IMG/VR virus record: IMGVR_UViG_3300036779_000075
Span: 1 to 58,838 of that record
Source: a virus
Taxonomy: Duplodnaviria; Caudoviricetes
DNA: 58,838 nt
Reading direction: 5' to 3' (one strand)
Below the pieces are notes generated by a model. It had not been told where the DNA came from and ran no database searches. It saw only the letters and a program-made list of their open reading frames with translations. The first letter of the stretch is position 1; each line of letters starts with the position of its first letter. Both the position numbers and the translations under genes were made by a program. This document shows positions 38,838 through 46,864 of the stretch, piece by piece.

Positions 38838-39781
38838 CGGTCACCGGCTGTGATATCGCCTGGCAGAAGCCGACCGGGGCGCAGCTGGCCGCGGCGGGAA
38901 TCCACTTCGCGAGCCTGTACGTCGGGCAGGACACCACGGGCAAGAACATGACCCCGGCCGTGGTCGCGGACTACGCGGCGCACGGCGTGGCGGTGATCGC
39001 GAACTTCGAGTACGGCGCCCAGCAGATGCTCGGCGGCGCGCCACAGGGCGCGGTCGACGCGGCGCTCGGGCTTCAGCAGGCCCGCGCGTGCGGGATGCCG
39101 GCGGGGCGCCCGATCATTTACAGCGCGGACTGGGCGGCCACGGCGGCGCAGATCACGGGCGCGGTCATCCCGTACCTGGTGGCGGCGCGCGGCGTGACGG
39201 GGCCGGGCACGGTGGGTGTGTACGGCTCGTACGCGGTGGTTACGGCGGTGTCCGCGTACTGGGCGGCGCATTTTCCCGGTGAGCGGGTGTTCCTGTGGCA
39301 GACGGTCGCCTGGTCGAATTCGCGCTGGGCGCAGCTCGGCGAGGTGCAGCAGACGGGCGGCACGATCACGGTCGGCGGTATCGCGCTCGACCTGGACTAT
39401 GCACCGGCCGGTGATGTCGGCCAATGGATCCCTGGAGAAGACATGCCGTTGACCACGCAAGATGTGAAGGCTGTCGCCGACGAGGTGCTCGGCCGGCTGA
39501 TCCCCCGCGCTGGTGGCCAGTCCGGCCCGACGAGCCTGGGCGGGATGGTCGCCTGGAATGACGCGCACGTGCAGAACCTCGCCAACCAGGTCAGCGGAGT
39601 GAAGGACGCGATCGCCGCGTCGGGGGCGCCGGTCGACGTGAAGGCGCTGGCCGTGTCGCTGGCCGCCGCCGTGCAGCCCGCGATCGTCGCAGCCGTGCAG
39701 GCGGGGATCGCGCCGGAGGCCGACCAGCTCGCGGTGACGTTCGAGCAGCACCTCGCGTCCACGTTCGCGCAGGCCAAGTAG
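38834..39781 (+). CDS. Endolysin, DUF1906/Rv2525c-like glycoside hydrolase
   Basis: GCD.A, GKNMT, NFE, PIIYSAD, GVYGS, WQTVAWS, DLD. Confidence 0.85.
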   Translation: MTVTGCDIAWQKPTGAQLAAAGIHFASLYVGQDTTGKNMTPAVVADYAAHGVAVIANFEYGAQQMLGGAPQGAVDAALGLQQARACGMPAGRPIIYSADWAATAAQITGAVIPYLVAARGVTGPGTVGVYGSYAVVTAVSAYWAAHFPGERVFLWQTVAWSNSRWAQLGEVQQTGGTITVGGIALDLDYAPAGDVGQWIPGEDMPLTTQDVKAVADEVLGRLIPRAGGQSGPTSLGGMVAWNDAHVQNLANQVSGVKDAIAASGAPVDVKALAVSLAAAVQPAIVAAVQAGIAPEADQLAVTFEQHLASTFAQAK

Positions 39782-40227
39782 TGTCGCGAATCGACGGGCT
39801 GCTGCACGTGCTGCGGCAGCAGCCGTACGAGGCGGCGCTCGCGCTCGCGCTGGCGGTCAGCGCCGTGGCGAGCCTGAGCACGGGCGCTCCGCCCGGTGCC
39901 GCGGCGCGGGTGCTGCCGGTGTGGGCGCTGCGGCCCGCCGCGGCACTGCTCGCGCTGTCGGGCGCGCTGACGGTGGGCGGCCTGTTCGGCGCCGGGTACG
40001 TGCTCTCGGACGTGCGGCGCGTGCTCGCGCGCAGGGTCGAGCAGTCGGGGCAGACGCTGATGGGCGGCGTGCTGCTCGCGGTCGCGCTGGGCGCGTTCTC
40101 GGCGGGCCGCGTGGGGATCGTCCCGGGCACGATCTACGCGGCGCTGGCCGCGGCCAGTTCGGGGCGGGCGGCGCTGATCGGGCACACCTTCCGTGCGGCC
40201 GGCCGTGAGCGGACGGACCTGATATGA
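39781..40227 (+). CDS. 4-TM membrane protein (holin-like)
   Basis: Hydrophobic helices; coupled to the endolysin. Confidence 0.6.
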   Translation: MSRIDGLLHVLRQQPYEAALALALAVSAVASLSTGAPPGAAARVLPVWALRPAAALLALSGALTVGGLFGAGYVLSDVRRVLARRVEQSGQTLMGGVLLAVALGAFSAGRVGIVPGTIYAALAAASSGRAALIGHTFRAAGRERTDLI

Positions 40228-40658
40228 GGGCTGACACGGTTGCCGCCGTGGCCGCTGTCGCGGTGTCGGTGCTCACCGCGCTGGGCACCCTGTACCGGGG
40301 TGTGCGCCGCCGGGAGCGCGATCAGGGGGCGGCGCCGTTCCTCGCGGGCAAGGCCGCGATCGAGGAAGCGGAGACGGCGCTGGCGTGGAAGGATCGGCGC
40401 ATCCGTGACCTGGCCGCGAGCGAGGCGACGCTCAAGACGGACCTCGCCGCCGCGGTCGCGACTTCCGCGGCGCAGCAGGAGCAGCTGACGCGGCTTCAGG
40501 CCCGGCTGTACCAGGTGGAGTCGGAGAACCGGGAGCTGCTGGCGCACAAGGAGGAGTCGGAGCAGCGCGACCGTGCCTCTCGGGAGCGGATCTCGGCGCT
40601 GGAGTCGACGGTGGACGATCTGAAGCGGAAGCTGTCGCTCGGCGGCCCGACGTTCTGA
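40224..40658 (+). CDS. N-terminal TM + coiled-coil lysis-cassette protein
   Basis: One TM then heptad repeats. Confidence 0.7.
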   Translation: MRADTVAAVAAVAVSVLTALGTLYRGVRRRERDQGAAPFLAGKAAIEEAETALAWKDRRIRDLAASEATLKTDLAAAVATSAAQQEQLTRLQARLYQVESENRELLAHKEESEQRDRASRERISALESTVDDLKRKLSLGGPTF

Positions 40659-40712
40659 AACACCGGACTTGATCTAGCTGTGCCGGTATCCTGGAATCCC
40701 CCGTGTGACACG

Positions 40713-40746
40713 AGAAGCCCCCGCCCTCCCCCCGGCGGGGGCTTCT
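40713..40746. terminator. Bidirectional terminator hairpin
   Basis: agaagcccccgcc/ggcgggggcttct between convergent genes. Confidence 0.75.
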
Positions 40747-40806
40747 CCGCGTGCCCGTGGTGCTCGCCGCTCCTGGTGCCGGCGTGCGGCCGTAAGACCG
40801 CCGGAT

Positions 40807-41484
40807 CTATCTGCCCGACTGGACGAGCGTCACGTCGGCGTGTGCGGTCTTCAGATCTGCTGCGACTTTCGCGGCGGCGGCGTCCAGGTCGGATTGCGTC
40901 GCGGCCGAGATCTGGTAGCCGACCGCTGCCTGGATCCATGCGTTGATGTCGGACTGCACGGTGGCCGTGTCGTCGCGCCACCGGCCCATCGCCGCGGGTT
41001 CGTCGGCGGGGTTGAATCCGGCGTCGGCCTGGGTGAACGCGTCCTGGTATGTGGTGACGTCCTGTTCGATGCGGGTGGAGGTGCGCCAGGCGGAGAATTT
41101 GGACGCGGCCGAGTTCGGGTCGTCGAGCGCGGCCAGGCCGGCGTTGGCGTCCGCGTACCGGGTGGTGCCGACGATTGCTCGTCCGGTGGCGAATTCCGAG
41201 GCGTAGTGGTCGATGGCGTTGTTCAGCACTGCGGCGGCCTTCGTGCGCGCGGAGGCTGGTGCGAGGGGGTTGGCCGCGGTACTGCTGTTCGTCGCGGTGG
41301 GGGCGGCTGTGTGTGGCGCGGCGGTGGCGTTCGTGTTGCCGGAGTGTAGTGCGGCTCCGAGTGCCGCGATCAGTGCGAAGACGGCGAGGATGGTTCCGGC
41401 GGCGATGAGGGCGATCTTGTTGGTTCGGCGGCGCTTGGCGTTCGGCTGCTGCGGCGCGGTGGTTCCTTGTTCGCGTTCTTGCAT
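40807..41484 (-). CDS. Membrane-anchored secreted helical protein
   Basis: Basic stretch + TM (IALIAAGTILAVFALIAALGAAL), Ala/Thr linker, helical ectodomain. Confidence 0.75.
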   Translation of the reverse strand: MQEREQGTTAPQQPNAKRRRTNKIALIAAGTILAVFALIAALGAALHSGNTNATAAPHTAAPTATNSSTAANPLAPASARTKAAAVLNNAIDHYASEFATGRAIVGTTRYADANAGLAALDDPNSAASKFSAWRTSTRIEQDVTTYQDAFTQADAGFNPADEPAAMGRWRDDTATVQSDINAWIQAAVGYQISAATQSDLDAAAAKVAADLKTAHADVTLVQSGR

Positions 41485-41582
41485 GGTGCCCCCCAGGCTG
41501 CTTGGTCTGCGGGGGCACGGTAGCGCTACGGGGGGTGGCCGCGCGTGGTTTCGGGGTGAATGGGGGCGTGCGCCCGGCGCGC

Positions 41583-42374
41583 TCACGCCGCGAGCGGGTG
41601 GCAGGCGGGGCAGCGGTACGGCGGTCCGTTGTCTTCGACCATCCTGGTGCGTTCGTTGCATGCTCCGCAGTGCGGTGGGCGTTTCGGCTGGGTGCTAGTC
41701 CCGGCTGGTGTGGCGGACTCAGCGCGCCAATCGGCGACATGGCCAGGCAGGTCCCCCTCGGCGGCGACCTTGCGCCACCAAGCGCTGCTTCGGGGCTTGC
41801 GGGTGATCTTTATCCAGTCGATGAATCTCTTCTCATCTTCCTCGCCAAGGTCGATCCCGGCGGTGCGCAGGATGCGCTGAGGCGGAAGAAGATGAGGATC
41901 TTCTTCATGAGGGAACTGAGGAGATGGGCCGGACCGCGGTCCGGCCAAAGGCGGACTAGCGTCCGGCCATAGGTCGCTTATGCCCGGACTGTCGTCCGGC
42001 CTTGGACTGGTCTTTGGCCGGACTGTCGTCCGAGCATTGGCGCTATGGCCGGACTGTGGTCCGGGTACGGATTCGGCGAACCGCGGCAGCCGGTAGGTCG
42101 TTTGGACCCCCTTCATGGCGTAGATCGTCCGGCCCGTCTTGTCCTTGCCGACCGGCACGCGCACCTCAAGACCGCGCTTCGCCAGCCGCTGGAGGACGCG
42201 CCCGACGCCGTCTGCGGTCATCCGCATCCAAGAGCACAGCTCATCCATGCCGGGGAAGCACTCGCGCGTCTCTTCGTCGGCGTCGTCGGCCAGGATCAGC
42301 AGCAGTGCCAGTTCCCCGGCGTCGAGGTCGGCGGGGGCGTGGTCCTTGACCTCGCGGTACAGCTGGAATCCCAT
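41583..42374 (-). CDS. Second replication initiator (Rep2; wHTH N-domain, internal iterons, C-terminal Zn motif)
   Basis: ELALLLILADDA.EETRECFPG...L..LAKRGL; C-terminal CGACNERTRM...YRCPACHP. Confidence 0.75.
   Translation of the reverse strand: MGFQLYREVKDHAPADLDAGELALLLILADDADEETRECFPGMDELCSWMRMTADGVGRVLQRLAKRGLEVRVPVGKDKTGRTIYAMKGVQTTYRLPRFAESVPGPQSGHSANARTTVRPKTSPRPDDSPGISDLWPDASPPLAGPRSGPSPQFPHEEDPHLLPPQRILRTAGIDLGEEDEKRFIDWIKITRKPRSSAWWRKVAAEGDLPGHVADWRAESATPAGTSTQPKRPPHCGACNERTRMVEDNGPPYRCPACHPLAA
41885..42064. repeat. Putative ori2: five palindromic iterons CCGGAC-N4-GTCCGG
   Basis: Copies at 41929, 41951, 41984, 42018, 42049; adjacent gaagaagat-gagg-atcttcttc palindrome (41885-41906). 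Confidence 0.8.
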
Positions 42375-42496
42375 CACACCGGTCCAGCCGTGCGTCTGGG
42401 GCGCGCGCACTTTGTACCCGAAGTGACCCCGGCGCTGTCTAGGGATGTGGCACTTCTGCAAGGATGTGACCGTACATCGCTATAGAGGGGACATCC

Positions 42497-43249
42497 GTGG
42501 CTGAGAAGAAGGCAGCTCGACAACCGTTGCGCGACCTTGTGGCCAACGACCTTCGCACGAAGATCGAGAATGGCGATCTCGCTCCCGGAGCGCAGCTTCC
42601 CAGCGAGACGGAGATCGTCGGGCAGTACGGCGTGTCCAACATGACTGCCCGAGCCGTGATCGCTGTGCTTCGCGGCGAGGGCCTGATCCGGGTCGAACGC
42701 GGCAAGGGGGCGTTTGTCAGGGATTCCTCGCCGATCCTGCGGGACGCGACGACGCGGCTGTCCGCGCAGCAGTGGGGGGCTGGTCACGCGATCTGGAGTT
42801 CCGATCTGGGGCTTAGGCCGTTGGGCATTGACCGCGTCGACGTGAACCGGATGCAGCCCCCGAAGGACGTGGCGGCCCTGCTGGCCTACGACGGTGAGGT
42901 CGTGGTGCGTGATCGCGTCTACTCGGTCGAGGGCAGGCCGGTGCAGTGGGCGGTGTCCTACATCCCGGCCGACCTGGCGGCCGAGACGCTGATCGAACGC
43001 GTGGACACAGGGCCCGGCGGCACGTACGCGCGCTTGCGGGACATCGGGCACGAACCGGTGAAGTTCGTGGAACAGGTGCGGGTGCGCATGCCGCGTCCGA
43101 TCGAGCGCGAGAACCTGAAGCTGGACGTCGGTCAGCCCGTCGCCGCGATCCGCCGGACGGCGGCGACGGAGGCCGGCCGAGTGGTCGAGGTGAACGACAT
43201 GGTGTTGGTCGGAGATGCCTACGTGTTGCAATGGTCCTTCACCTCCTGA
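42497..43249 (+). CDS. GntR/HutC (UTRA) repressor, KorSA/KorA-like
   Basis: LPSE.E...YGVS..TAR...L..EGLI...GKGAFV + UTRA domain; upstream of the transfer cluster. Confidence 0.9.
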   Translation: MAEKKAARQPLRDLVANDLRTKIENGDLAPGAQLPSETEIVGQYGVSNMTARAVIAVLRGEGLIRVERGKGAFVRDSSPILRDATTRLSAQQWGAGHAIWSSDLGLRPLGIDRVDVNRMQPPKDVAALLAYDGEVVVRDRVYSVEGRPVQWAVSYIPADLAAETLIERVDTGPGGTYARLRDIGHEPVKFVEQVRVRMPRPIERENLKLDVGQPVAAIRRTAATEAGRVVEVNDMVLVGDAYVLQWSFTS

Positions 43250-43266
43250 CCTGATCTGTCCTGTTC

Positions 43267-43300
43267 AGGGCCCTGGGCGCTCGCCTAGGGCCCTTTTTCT
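43267..43300 (+). terminator. Intrinsic terminator
   Basis: agggccctgggcg-ct-cgcctagggccct followed by T-tract. Confidence 0.85.
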
Positions 43301-43318
43301 ATGCCCGATTCAGGTTCG

Positions 43319-43367
43319 TTGACAGTCTAGCTTGACTTAGATGTCTATGTCGAGCAACACTGTCTAC
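43319..43367 (+). promoter_or_regulatory. Transfer-operon promoter with GTCTA half-site repeats (candidate GntR operator)
   Basis: TTGACA and TTGACT boxes, AACACT 6 nt before ATG (leaderless-type); gtcta x3, also at 42436. Confidence 0.55.
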
Positions 43368-43622
43368 ATGGAACTCGCCGGGAACACGACGCCGAAGGCG
43401 CCCGAAGAGGGCGACTGGCTCACAGTCGCCGAGTTCGCGGCCCTGTTCCGCGTCCAGCCTCAGACGATCTACACGGCGATCGCGGCAGGCAAGATCGAGG
43501 GCGTCATCCGCATCGGCGACCGACGGGGCACTCGCATCCCGGCGGCGTCGGTCGAGCCGTTCCGCCGTAGCCGCCTCGTCGCGTCCCAGCAGTCCGACCC
43601 GACCGCGCCGAGCGCCGCCTGA
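43368..43622 (+). CDS. Excisionase-like HTH_17 protein
   Basis: WLTVAEFAALFRVQPQTIYTAIAAGKI...RIP. Confidence 0.85.
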   Translation: MELAGNTTPKAPEEGDWLTVAEFAALFRVQPQTIYTAIAAGKIEGVIRIGDRRGTRIPAASVEPFRRSRLVASQQSDPTAPSAA

Positions 43623-43900
43623 TGGCCGCCTGCGTCCTGAGCGCCGACGACCCGGCCCTGCAAGCCGATATCGACGCCGCCCGCCAGGCCGCCGACGCCC
43701 CCGAAGCGGTCGACGACTACCGCCACGCCCTGATCCAGGCCATGGCCGACCGCGACGCCGGAACCGACCCCGCCACCGTGCTGCGCGCCCTGTGGCGCGC
43801 CGCGTACATCGCCGGACACCTCGACCGCGCCCGCCACGACCGCCACCAGACCCGCCGCGCGCGGCTCGAAACCGCCGTACTCGCCACCACCGCCCCCTGA
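43622..43900 (+). CDS. hypothetical protein
   Basis: TGATG coupling. Confidence 0.6.
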   Translation: MAACVLSADDPALQADIDAARQAADAPEAVDDYRHALIQAMADRDAGTDPATVLRALWRAAYIAGHLDRARHDRHQTRRARLETAVLATTAP

Positions 43901-43925
43901 CCCGCCGACCCACTGGAGCCCCGCG

Positions 43926-44264
43926 ATGCTCACGGACACCGACGGCGACTCGGCCGCCCCCGAATACGCCGAAACACGCTCCACCACCGTCGTCATCGGC
44001 CGCCCCATGATCGACGCCATCACCATCGAGACCAGCATCGTCGTCTCCAACCACGCCAGCGGACGCGGCTACCACGTCAACCTCCACACCGAGAACGACG
44101 TGGTCGAGTTCAACCCGCTGCGCGCCCGCGACGCCGCGAACAAGTTCAGGCGCATCGCGGCCGACCTCGACACCCTCGCCGACGACGCGGACAGGCTCAC
44201 CGCCCTCGAAGCCGAAACCAAGGCCCTGCTAGACGGACGCGCCCGCACCGCCGACACCGCATAG
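43926..44264 (+). CDS. hypothetical protein
   Basis: GGAG RBS; GC3 bias. Confidence 0.65.
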   Translation: MLTDTDGDSAAPEYAETRSTTVVIGRPMIDAITIETSIVVSNHASGRGYHVNLHTENDVVEFNPLRARDAANKFRRIAADLDTLADDADRLTALEAETKALLDGRARTADTA

Positions 44265-44298
44265 GCCGCCGACAAACCACCCCGGAAGGACACCGACC

Positions 44299-44496
44299 AT
44301 GGGCATCCGCCCCACCCGCCAGGCCGTACTCGCCGAAGAGATCACCCACCGGCAGGGGCGCCTCGACAACCAGCGGGCCGCACTCGCCCGCACCACCGAC
44401 CCCGAGCAGCGCGAAACCCTCAAGCAGGGGATCCACCGCAACGAGGGCCAGATCTCACGCGCATCCACCGAACTGTCCGACCTGCTGAACAGCTAG
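44299..44496 (+). CDS. small coiled-coil protein
   Basis: GAAGGA RBS. Confidence 0.65.
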   Translation: MGIRPTRQAVLAEEITHRQGRLDNQRAALARTTDPEQRETLKQGIHRNEGQISRASTELSDLLNS

Positions 44497-44671
44497 CCCC
44501 GATCGGCCGCCCGCGCCCTGCTGCCACCTCCCCTCCAAGGCCGGGGCGCGGGCGGTCACCACCCGATCGATCGGGCCGGAAGCCCGACGGACCCCAACCC
44601 CGTTCGCCTCCCGCCAGCCGCCGGGCTCCCCGTCCGACCGGACGAACACCTACCGCGAGAGGAACCCGACC

Positions 44672-44836
44672 GTGGGCAGCAAGGACAAGCCCCAGACCCC
44701 GAGCGCGCAGGTCCCGCGCACCGCAGCCGACGTGCTCGCCGACGGATGGCAGGACGGCGACGACTTCGAGATTTCCTTCATCGTCACCGCCCCCGCACAG
44801 CCACAGAACACCAAGCAGCGGAACCGCCGGTCCTGA
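44672..44836 (+). CDS. small hypothetical protein (54 aa, not in ORF track)
   Basis: GAGAGGA RBS; MGSKDKPQTP...GWQDGDDFEISFIV. Confidence 0.55.
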   Translation: MGSKDKPQTPSAQVPRTAADVLADGWQDGDDFEISFIVTAPAQPQNTKQRNRRS

Positions 44837-44947
44837 CCGGCCCGGACGCCCTGCGGCCACCACCACAGCCCCGCGACCGCAGGGCGCCCAGACCGACCAG
44901 CACCACCCGAAACCGACCACACGCCACAACCCGGAAGGACCGCCGCG

Positions 44948-45277
44948 ATGCGCCTGAACTTCGGCGAGATCGACTTCGACACCAAGGGCCTGCCGCGCAT
45001 CTACTCGCTGAGCGTCTCCCCGGCCTACACCGACAAGAACAGCCTGATCGTCAGAATCCTGCTCGACAGTTGCCAGCGCGCGGCAGTCGCGAAATGGGCC
45101 GACCGCCTCGGCGTTCCGGTCGTGGACCGCAAGCCGTACCAGTCGCGCCCGGCCGCCCGCTGGACGCACACCTTCGAGGCCGTGCGCGAGGTCGAGGGCT
45201 ACCGGGTGAAGGTGTGGACGTCGATCGACCTCGACGAGCCCGCGACCGGCAGCAGCGAGCCGGACGGCGGCGCGTGA
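44948..45277 (+). CDS. hypothetical protein
   Basis: GGAAGGA RBS. Confidence 0.65.
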   Translation: MRLNFGEIDFDTKGLPRIYSLSVSPAYTDKNSLIVRILLDSCQRAAVAKWADRLGVPVVDRKPYQSRPAARWTHTFEAVREVEGYRVKVWTSIDLDEPATGSSEPDGGA

Positions 45278-45429
45278 TGTTCAAAGCCCTCGCCGCCTCG
45301 CTCGGCTTCGCCTACGCCGCGCACTCCCCCATCCTGTCCGCCGCGCTCCTGCCCACCGTGGCGATCACCGTCGCGGCCGAAGCCGCCTACGTCATCCGCA
45401 CGCTGCGCCGGAAGAAGGTCCGCACGTGA
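45277..45429 (+). CDS. small membrane protein (Spd-like)
   Basis: Hydrophobic, basic C-terminus; coupled to the DUF2637 gene. Confidence 0.55.
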   Translation: MFKALAASLGFAYAAHSPILSAALLPTVAITVAAEAAYVIRTLRRKKVRT

Positions 45430-46517
45430 CCGAGCAAACCACCCCGGCACCGCTGTGGCGCCCCACCCCCGAAGGCGCGCGCACGCTGCTGGTGTTCATC
45501 GCCGCCGCAGTCGCCGTGATCGGCGCCATCGCCCTCGCGCTCTCCTTCGTCAGCGTCGACCAGGCCGCCCGCCCCTACTTCGGCGCCGCGTCCTGGGCGA
45601 TCCCCGTCCTGATGGACACCACCATCGGCGTCATGACGTTCTTCTCCATCGTCTCCGAGCTGAACGGGATCACCGCGCCCCTGGCCCGCTACGGCGGCCG
45701 CGCACTGGTCGCCCTCACCGTGTACGCCAACGTCGCCCCCCAGCACAGCCTGTACGGCAGGATCCTGCACGGCGCACCGCCCGCCGTGTGGACGCTGGTC
45801 GTCGTCATCGCCGAGAACACCATCCGCCGCCTCATGCGCCTGAGCGACGAGAAGCACATCGAAGCGCTACGCCGCTCCCTGTGGCTGCTGCGCCCGGCCG
45901 CGACATGGCGGATCTGGCGGCGCATGCGCATCGAGCAGATCACCACCTACCGCGCCGCGCTCGACCACGACGCCGCCCGCGCCGCGGTGGTCGGCCGTCT
46001 GCGCGTGAGCCACGGGCGCATGTGGCGCAGCAAGGCGCCCCTGGCCGAGCGGATCGCGCTGCGCCTGCAGGGCCGCGATCCGGCCGGTGTGGCCGAGATC
46101 CTGACCGCGCACCAGGAGACCGCCGCACTGCTCGCCGGACCCGCCACCGGCCCGCAGGAGGCGCCCGAACCCGCCGAAACCGGCAACGCCTTGATGCCGC
46201 TGGACCCCATCGTCTACCCGCTGACAGAACGCCCCGTTCTCTCGCCGTTCGGCGCCGCGAACGCGCTGGGCATCCCGTTCTCCCCCGGCGCCCGCGCAGT
46301 GCTGCCGTGGCTCGGCTTCAGCGCCACACAGAACGCACTGGAGAACGGACAGAACGCAGAGAACGACGCGGAGAACGACCGGGGCGCCGCGATGCGGATG
46401 CGGACCGCCGGCATGTCCATCGGAGCCATCGCCGACCAGCTCGGCCGCTCCAAAAGCTGGGTCCACGGCGTCGTGACCGCCGAGCCCGTCGAGCACGCCA
46501 ACGGATCAGCGGCCTGA
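45426..46517 (+). CDS. DUF2637-like multi-TM transfer/spread protein with C-terminal HTH
   Basis: ALSF...WAIPV..D...LTVYANV...HGAPP; W.L.P..T.RIWRRM; C-terminal HTH. Confidence 0.75.
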   Translation: MTEQTTPAPLWRPTPEGARTLLVFIAAAVAVIGAIALALSFVSVDQAARPYFGAASWAIPVLMDTTIGVMTFFSIVSELNGITAPLARYGGRALVALTVYANVAPQHSLYGRILHGAPPAVWTLVVVIAENTIRRLMRLSDEKHIEALRRSLWLLRPAATWRIWRRMRIEQITTYRAALDHDAARAAVVGRLRVSHGRMWRSKAPLAERIALRLQGRDPAGVAEILTAHQETAALLAGPATGPQEAPEPAETGNALMPLDPIVYPLTERPVLSPFGAANALGIPFSPGARAVLPWLGFSATQNALENGQNAENDAENDRGAAMRMRTAGMSIGAIADQLGRSKSWVHGVVTAEPVEHANGSAA

Positions 46518-46602
46518 CCGCCTGCCGGTGGCCCGTCCCGTCCCCGCAGACGGGCGGACCGCCGCGGGCGACCAGCCCGAAACCGAACCGAGAGGAACCC
46601 GC

Positions 46603-46758
46603 ATGCCCGGCAAGAGCACCGACAAGGACGTCACCGTCACCAAGCCCACCGGCGAGAGCAGGACCTTCGGCCCGATGCCGACCTTCGACGCCGTGGTCGC
46701 CGCCGCCGCCGCCCAGCTCGCCGGGCACGGCGCCACCGTGCGCCCCACCGCCCGCTAG
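46603..46758 (+). CDS. small hypothetical protein
   Basis: GAGAGGA RBS. Confidence 0.5.
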   Translation: MPGKSTDKDVTVTKPTGESRTFGPMPTFDAVVAAAAAQLAGHGATVRPTAR

Positions 46759-46864
46759 CCGAGCAGCAGGTCTGAGCACTGCACGGCACCCGACCGGCTC
46801 GACGTCGGCCGGGTGGCCGCGGGTACTGAGCCCAGCCGCCCCTCGAAGGAGGACAGCACACGTC

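Noticed and set aside
45455-46864. 1201-aa ORF as one giant FtsK protein
   Set aside because: The N-terminal 470 codons are an off-frame shadow of the DUF2637 gene; the real start is ATG 46865 with a strong RBS.
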